A stretch of DNA of 64,000 bases from Fimbriosthenelais zetlandica (taxonomy: Eukaryota): positions 61,690,001 to 61,754,000 of the forward strand of contig OZ365109.1 in assembly GCA_977030845.1 (NCBI GenBank), written 5' to 3'. The notes beneath the pieces are model-generated. The model ran no database searches. It was not told the origin of the DNA and saw only the letters and a list, made by a program, of their open reading frames with translations. Below are positions 56,701-64,000 of this stretch, piece by piece; position 1 is the first letter of the stretch, and every line of letters starts with the position of its first letter. The position numbers and the translations under genes were made by a program.

Positions 56701-57665
56701 TGTTATGATTGACCAGCAGAGTTATTCTCTGAACAGTTCTAATAAAAAATAGGCTTAAAGAAAGAAAGACTTAGGCAAGTCTCTCTTCACTAATCCAAGT
56801 GACCACGAGAGTGGAGGGTTGGGGGGTGGGGGGGGGGGGGGTGCTGCAGGTGCTACCTTGAACTTGTCTTAAATTTGTGTGTATTCAAAAGCATAATTAG
56901 AAAGAATTACTGTACTGCATAATGCAATACATGTATGCAAAGGTCTATTTATGTGCATCATTTTTTGTAATTCATACTAAGCTCTATCTTTAAAAATAAA
57001 CTTGCCAGAGTGAAAAAATCATGAAAATATTGACCAAAATGGAAAATATTAAAAAAATTATAACAAATCAACTTACAAGTGGAATACATTATGCAATATA
57101 GGTATCAACAGGTCTTTTTATGTACTTTAATTCATCTAATTCATTTTAAGCTTTGTCTTTAAAAATAAACTTGCTGGATTAAATAAACTGAAAATATTGG
57201 GTTAATTAGATTTTACATCAATGTGACGTCATTTACGTCACATGGGTCTTCACCAAAAACTATTTTTCAGATACGCCCCACCCAAAGGATTCTTATTAAC
57301 CAAGTGTAATCAATTTCTAACATTTTTTAATTGGGAAGAAATGGCATTTGAGAGATTTCATACCCCTGACCTAATTACACATAACTAATTAGGTCAAAGG
57401 TCAAATATGTAGGTCAACTTATAGTCCATCATGTATCTTTACACTACATACCATTCATCTTATTCTAGATCCGCATGGGTCCAAAAAAATTACAATCAAA
57501 TTTTACCAATTTGGCTGGTTTGGTGACGTCATATGACGTCATGTGATGACGTATGACATCCATTCATCACATTTGACCACTCCTTACTATGGTCTACAAT
57601 ATGTGTGAAAACCAGATTCCTACCTCTAATATAAACCCGTTTTTCATCAAAAGTCTAACTACAAC

Positions 57666-57701
<36 letters not shown>

Positions 57702-60047
57702 ATAGTGTAGAACAACGAGCACAAAATCTAAAACCCCATTTTCCCCATAAAGGGGAAATGGGATTAATAAATAGCCAAGGTGCATTTTATGTGTGTATGA
57801 GTGGGGAAAAAATTAGGATAAAATAAATTTTACCTGCTCAAACTTGTCTTTCTTCTCGGCAGTGCTCCGGACTGTGAGTTCGGTCCCTTTGAATGTGATA
57901 ACAGCGTTTGGTTGACATCTATGGTCCAGTACAGAGGCCCTACACAGAAAATTACCAATTTGTAATGAGACCTTCACACCATAAAATATGTTATCTCAGA
58001 GCATAGCAGTATATAATATGATACTAAATACCAGAACTGTATTTTATTGTGATTAGAATCCATTACATTATACGGTACATATTTTAACTTACTTCAGATA
58101 AATGCCAACTCCAATCGGATTCATTTCACTGTCACATATAGAAAAACTGTTCGTCGTCATCTGAAAATATATAGATGAAGAATAACAAGTTAATGAAATT
58201 TTCTTCTTTTTAGATAATTTAATTAATTTGAGAATAAAAAGTTAACATTGTCGGAAAATTATAAGTAATGGAAATGTCTTAACGGCAGGGAATCACGCGG
58301 CGTAGAAGACTTACTTTTCCAAACGTTGAGAGCAGTATGGGCGTAAGGGGAAGATCCATTTCATCGCCAGCGAATTTCTTTAGTGTGTGACACATTGCGT
58401 TGAATTGTTGCATTCTTTCAGAATCTTGTCTTATTTCTTCCACATCTGTTCAATAGATCAATTGTTTTGAAACTAAGCAAGGCCAATTTTTAAGTGACTT
58501 TAAACCTAACCTTCTTTTAGATTAAAATACTCACGGGACATGAGGTCATCAAAACAACGATCCGTTTTACCAACTCTTTCTTTCACCGTTTTGTGGTCAT
58601 CATTCTGAAATGTTACGAGAACCAATCGAGGATCAAAAACAAAATACGATGTGGGAAAATACTGTTCATGAATTATAAAAACTCCATACAAAGCTAGTCT
58701 TTAATCGTATCAATAATGAATATGACATAAATTTGATTTTGTTAAATATGCAGTTATTCATCATTTAGATTTTAGATAATGAATATCAGAATTTTATGGA
58801 TTTTCAAAACCAAATTGTCCTCACCATATGCCGCAGTATCAGTCTGAACATAAGCCTTGCACTCTCTGAAGGTATGTGTGGTGCCACCTGGCGTAAACAT
58901 CGACATTCAACTTTGTGAAGAGGCCAGTCTTGGCTCTGATGTTAAAATAAAAAATATTAATGAGTTTAATATTTTTGATATGAATTATGTATAATGGAAA
59001 AATGAATATTCATGAAATTTATTAAGAATTAACATATAATAGTGGTAGCGGTAAGCAAAATAGAGTAGGGCCTACAATAGAGCAATTTCCTGTACCGTAC
59101 CATATATGAATAGATTATTACTTATTCGACAAACTGCCATTTACGTTAAAAGATACAATCCAATGAACATTATGATATTATATATTAAATTTATTTGATA
59201 TAATATTATATCTCAATTAAAATTACCTGACAATCTACATTGCAATAAGACATCACATGGCAACGTGAACATCGACGAAGTTTTTCATTGCTGCAATTTA
59301 GGGAAAAAAGATGTAAAAAAAAAAAATACGCATATAATTATATAAATTTTTGTAACGACAGGGAAAATGAAAATAAATGAGATCAAACAAAATTGACTTG
59401 TATTCTCAAGTCTATTGCACAATAGGTCTACCGGTACATGTATTGATCTAGTCTGGTCTCAGGTTTATCTCATTGCTAGCACATTTCAGTAATGTAGGCC
59501 TATAGTATAAATTATATAACCTGGTACCGTAATACATTAGATATAAAAATTAAAGATAGACTAACGTTACAGATAAATACAAAAAAAAATAGAGAGTGAC
59601 CAGGTTTCGGGTGTCTCTTGAACTTGGATCTAGCCTTACTGCTGATAGTGGTACATGATCATTGGTCACATTTGGTGTAGGTTAGGCTAAAATTTTGCCT
59701 AAATAAACAATAATATAACAATTCTCACGTGTACAGTATTTAATTATTTTGTGTATTGCGAAATCGGGGAGGCTTAAAGATAGCATCTATAGATACGGAA
59801 ATATAACGGAGATGTGTGGTCTACACCTGATAAATATTAAACGTCAATTACACAGCAAAATAAAACATCCACAAGACTGCAAATTAAAAAGTGTCAGAGA
59901 ATCTCATCGACACACCCACCTATCATCAAGTTCGAAGCACGTATCACATCGAATATCGCGCTCTGATTCAGAAAGGACGTGAACATAAGCCTTGGCGGAC
60001 ATTACTACCTCTCCCCGAGGACGAACAGGTAATTTAACAGCCGCCAT
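53734..60047 (-). CDS. SMYD3: SET and MYND domain lysine methyltransferase (12 exons)
   Basis: ATG at 60047 (MAAVKLPVRPRGEVV..). MYND: CDTC..CSRCHVMSYCNVDCQ..W..HKVEC. SET: NSFSICDSEMNPIGVGIY, DHRCQPN, ISYID. Post-SET: YYFDCDCVMC. C-terminal domain LHPLNVYRVRVLDKALDAC..PYHPNVGLQLMKVGKLQ..ILKVTHG matches the SMYD3 type. Stop at 53734-53736. Confidence 0.92.
57215..57699. repeat. Probable interspersed-repeat fragment in the largest SMYD3 intron
   Basis: Clustered TGACGTCA motifs (~57223, ~57525-57550), ggtcaaaggtcaa at ~57391 and an A-run of about 30 nt at 57669-57699. Family not identified. Confidence 0.4.
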
Positions 60048-60295
60048 CTTCGATATTTTAACCGATTTCGACCAAATATGTTACCTCACAAACATATTTA
60101 CGAAGGCTTCGCGTCGTTTTCGTGGCGATAATGCCAGAATTTATGTACACGAAAAGGGCGCAAAATCGGCTATCATCTCTCCAACCCGTTATAACATTTG
60201 CAGTCTAGCAGGAGCGCCACCACCAGGTTTTTCTGGAAACTACCTTTGCTACCAGTTGCAACTTAAACTTTTGCCCATTGCAGAGTGTGGACAGC
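60048..60295. promoter_or_regulatory. Compact bidirectional promoter between SMYD3 and SPOUT1
   Basis: 248 bp between divergent start codons; CpG-rich relative to flanks; YY1-type AAGATGGCGGC overlaps the SMYD3 ATG. Confidence 0.65.
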
Positions 60296-63200
60296 ATGTC
60301 TGATTCAAACGAGAAATTAGTGGAAATTGAGCCGCCAAATGACGGGACGTGGACAAATACTGCACCAAGAACAGTAGGTGTTCCACAAAAACCACTTTGT
60401 TATTATATTTTCACTACACTTACCTCCTGACAGTCAAAATGAGTAAATATTTCCTCCTTCCGCATGGCCATTCCTGGCATCCGGCATGGGCATGGCTGGC
60501 ACTAGTGTAGTAGTAGTAGTGGCAGGCATTGATACTTACTGGTTAGCCTACTGTAAACACTTTATCCGGTTATGTGTTTAAGATTCTGGTTAATAGAATG
60601 TCGTATTTTTATTTGACTTATCTAGGCACAAGAATGGAAGAAATGGAAACAAGAACGTGAGTATGTCCCCTATTTAGGGTAATTAGGCTATTAAGGGGGA
60701 ATATACACTATTATTAACCAAAGAACTTGAATTATTTATCCTGAAAATGAAATACGGAAAAATATGGAATATTTAGCGTAGCAAGTTATTTAAAGTAAAC
60801 GTCTATTGATCTGCCATCATCTGGGGATCAATGATGTCACTCACACTGCCAGTGCCGGCAGTGGCGCCCTCTGATGAATATAGGCATAATCTCCTGAAAA
60901 CGGGCATAGTCCGCCAAGAACAATCTCTATGAAACTTTCTATCCTCTTTTTAACAGGCAAAGCAGAAAAGCGGAAATGGAAAGAGGATAAACTTGTGAAA
61001 AAGCTGGAAAAAAATAAAGCCAGAGAAGAAAAAGTGCAAAAGAAATTGCGCTTAGAAGGAGACGAAACAGGAATAAATATTAAAGGTACCGGTAGATCCC
61101 AATAATAAATTTGTCTTTCAGCATTACAGGGCTCCAGCTAGACCTCAAAGACCAGGAGCCATTTTTGTCACCAATTAAGTGGTTGGGGGTAAATTTGTTG
61201 GGCTATTGGCGCTGGATTTTGGGCCGCTTTTACTCTGTTAATTATCTTTCCTAGATTTTTACCCCTGTTATTTAACCCTGCACCAGTGATTGTGGGGGTG
61301 TTCGGGGCAGAGAGATCGGGGTGGAATGGTTGGCTTGTAGCTTCCAACTAAAACTACGATCAGTAACAACCCCCTTCCCCCAGTAGGCCTACTCCTACCC
61401 GGGGGTCTCTTCACACTAACCCCCCCCCCCCCCCCCCCCCCCCCGCCTCACACATCTCTATCCAATAGGCCCACGGCAGAGCCTCTGCTAAGAAATGATG
61501 TCATGTTCTAGGCTACACTGCTAAATTACCGAGCGCGACTTATGCATGGTTTGGGGAGTCACATAGCCTCATAGGCTATGTTATTTTTAAAAATCTTTTT
61601 TTGGATATATTTTTATATTACTATCATTTTTGTATCAGCCTATTAAATACGTCTTGCTGTGAAGTTCCGTAGTAATTTTCATTTTCTATCTCGTAGGTCG
61701 TCATTACACGATCAGTCTAGCTTTACCTGGGTCGATTCTAGACAATGCACAAACGCCTGAATTACGGACGTACCTCGCAGGGCAGATAGCCCGTGCTGTC
61801 GTGATCTTTAACATTGATGAAATCATTATATTCGATGAAACTGGTGCAAAATCAGAGTAAGTTTTAATTAATTCTATTTCTTTTGAATTTTAATGTATTA
61901 ACTAAACATCATAAATGTCTAAAAATTGAAAATGGATATTACAGGCATTGCTATTATTACTTTTTTAATTTAACTACATTATAACGTTTTTTTTAAGTTT
62001 GGACAATTTTCTTGCTTCCTTTAAAAATAAATTTCTCACATTTTAGCACGACAGAGGGAGAATTCACTGGTGTCGGGAAGAAGGGAGATGCTAACGTGCA
62101 AATGGCTAGAATTCTGCAATACTTAGAGTGTCCTCAATACCTTCGGAAAGCCTTCTTTCCACAACATAAGGACCTGAAATATGCAGGTTGGTCTCTCTCA
62201 TTTAGCCCTTCCTACTACAGAAGAAAACCTTTGATGAGGTATCTGACTTCGTTATAAGCGGGAAATTCGCTATATCGTTATACAGTGGAGTCCGCCTATA
62301 ACGAACACGCTTAAAACGAAATTTCGGTTATAAAGAACTGAATCCCAAGAACCGATTCATTCCCTGTTAAATCTAATGTAATTTGGTCCGCATATAACGA
62401 ATTGGCTATAGCGAATTTTCCGCTTATAACGAAGTGATTTCAGGAACAAATTGAGAAAAAATCCGCCTATAACGAAGTCGGACACCTCATCAAAGGTTTT
62501 CTTCTGTAGTAGGAAGGGCTTCAGCTTAAAATTCGTTAGTACTGAACTCACACGTCACTCCACCCACACAAACACCCCTACCCACCCACCTCAAACTCAA
62601 AGAACCCCTCTACAATCACCTGTGATACAAGTGTCATGAGTCAGTCCCCACGCCTGAACCCCCACCCTCTGCTAAAACAAAGCTTCCATGACATAACTTA
62701 ATCCCACATCAAAGCTCAGACAATAGTCCCCAATCCCAACAACCAGACTCCCGGGCACCACCGACTGACCAGGTGAGACGGGTCAGCGTGGGTTTGGTAA
62801 ATTGAAGTTAAACTTCCATTTGGTTAAAAAAAAATCAAATAAGAATTCCACAAAGATATTTCATAATGGTTAGCTTAGCAGTCAGTGTATTTAAAGAGAT
62901 GTATTTCGCATAATACAGTTTCTTTTCTCATGTAATCATGTCTTGTAATCCCCTGTTAGGCTAATTACTGCCTGCACCCCCGCCTAGCGGCTGATAGGGA
63001 CACTAAGTTACTCTAAACGCTTATAGCGAAATTTCGGTTATAACGAATTAAAGTGCTGGAACCAATCGCTTCGTTATAGGCGGACTCCACTGTATGCGGA
63101 CAAAATTACATTAGATTTAACAGGAAATGAATCGGTTCTTGGGATTCAGTTCTTTGTAACCGAAATTTCGTTTTAAGGATGTTCGTTATAAGTGGACTCC

Positions 63201-63899
63201 ACTATATATTACACATTTGATATTTCTTACTCCCCGACATTGCACTTTCACTTTTTCATTTTAATTTCAGGATTGCTCAACCCACTTGATTGTCCTCATC
63301 ATATGAGAGCTGAGGATCTGGCTGAATTTCGAGAAGGTGTGGTACTACGAAAACCAATGAAGCCGGGTAAAGGATCATTTGTTGATGTTGGATTACCCAA
63401 AGAAATCCAGGTGGACAAAGCCTTACAGTCTGGTCTGAGAGTTACTGTCAGGATGGAGCTCGAAGATACAGGTACTCAGGTTATTTATTCACTTACTGTA
63501 TAAACCTCCTGTGTTATGTTGATTTATATGCAAGGAGAGCATTATATATTACAAGACACATCAAAATCGATATTCTCATTATCCATGTTGCTGTTTTGTA
63601 AATCTATCAATGTAATACATGAATGTTTTTTCTGTGTAAAACATGTACATGTACTTATCTATTTCCATCTAAAGACTTCATTTGGAATTTCTTTCAGGAA
63701 AGAAAAGTAAGGGAACAATAGTTTCGCCTTCAACTCCTCGAATTGAAGCCGGACTGTACTGGGGATACAGCGTAAGGCTAGCATCCAGTCTGAGTACTGT
63801 ACTGACTGAATGCCCCTACAAAGATGGCTATGACTGTTTGATAGGCACCTCCGAAAAGGGAACGTCTGTAGACGATTTCCAAATGAATGAAAGCTTCAG
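60296..63899 (+). CDS. SPOUT1: SPOUT-domain methyltransferase 1 (C9orf114/CENP-32), 3' end outside the window
   Basis: Exons encode MSDSNEK.., QEWKKWKQE, HYTISLALPGSILDNAQTPELRTYLAGQIARA, TEGEFTGVGKKG..RILQYLECPQYLRKAFFP, LLNPLDCPHHMR..FREGVV and GLYWGYSVRLA..DGYDCLIGTSEKG. The last exon seen ends at 63899 with a gtagga donor. The start codon is inferred from phase compatibility. Confidence 0.93.
62204..63204 (-). mobile_element. Older truncated copy of the same MITE family, opposite orientation, split by the 62283-63092 insertion
   Basis: 63095-63204 is the reverse complement of the first ~110 bp of the intact copy. 62204-62280 is the reverse complement of its continuation (agcccttcctactacagaagaaaacctttgatgagg). 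The two pieces rejoin across the duplicated TA. Confidence 0.85.
62283..63092 (+). mobile_element. Tc1/mariner-superfamily (pogo/Tigger-like) MITE, 810 bp, in a SPOUT1 intron
   Basis: TA|CAGTGGAGTCCGCCTATAACGAA ... TTCGTTATAGGCGGACTCCACTG|TA: perfect 23-bp terminal inverted repeats, TA target duplication, internal TATAACGAA sub-repeats, no ORF. Confidence 0.9.
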
Positions 63900-64000
63900 G
63901 TAGGATTGGGTCTTGTATATTGGGTATTGATTTTTCCCCCAGGGGTTAATTTCAATCCCTCAGTATTATATCTGGATAGTAGTTATTTTGAAACTATTAA

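Overview
This is eukaryotic genomic DNA, not prokaryotic: AT-rich, with many short GT-AG introns, most consistent with an invertebrate animal. The species cannot be determined from the window. Eight spliced protein-coding genes were reconstructed by hand: a THAP + zinc-finger gene (+, 12488-16532), PRPF40 (+, 17286-23208), HPRT (-, 24328-27268), an uncharacterised Cys-rich membrane/secreted protein (+, 27762-29504), ELAC2/RNase Z (+, 32964-39011), an ABCC4-like transporter (-, 39250-49622), SMYD3 (-, 53734-60047) and SPOUT1 (+, from 60296, running off the window). Two gene pairs are head-to-head. There are several non-autonomous inverted-repeat transposons, including a self-nested Tc1/mariner-type MITE. 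Positions 1-12000 and 49700-53700 could not be resolved into recognisable genes. No CRISPR array, rRNA or intact tRNA was found. Most short ORFs in the supplied track are intronic or antisense noise. The best leads are the THAP protein with paired C2H2/C2HC fingers, the uncharacterised 204-aa protein, TAGGCCTA/TACCGGTA palindrome clusters near gene 5' ends, the nested MITE, a variant SET motif in SMYD3 and a candidate spliced 28-aa micropeptide. Exon coordinates are manual and may be off by a few bases. No database search was run.
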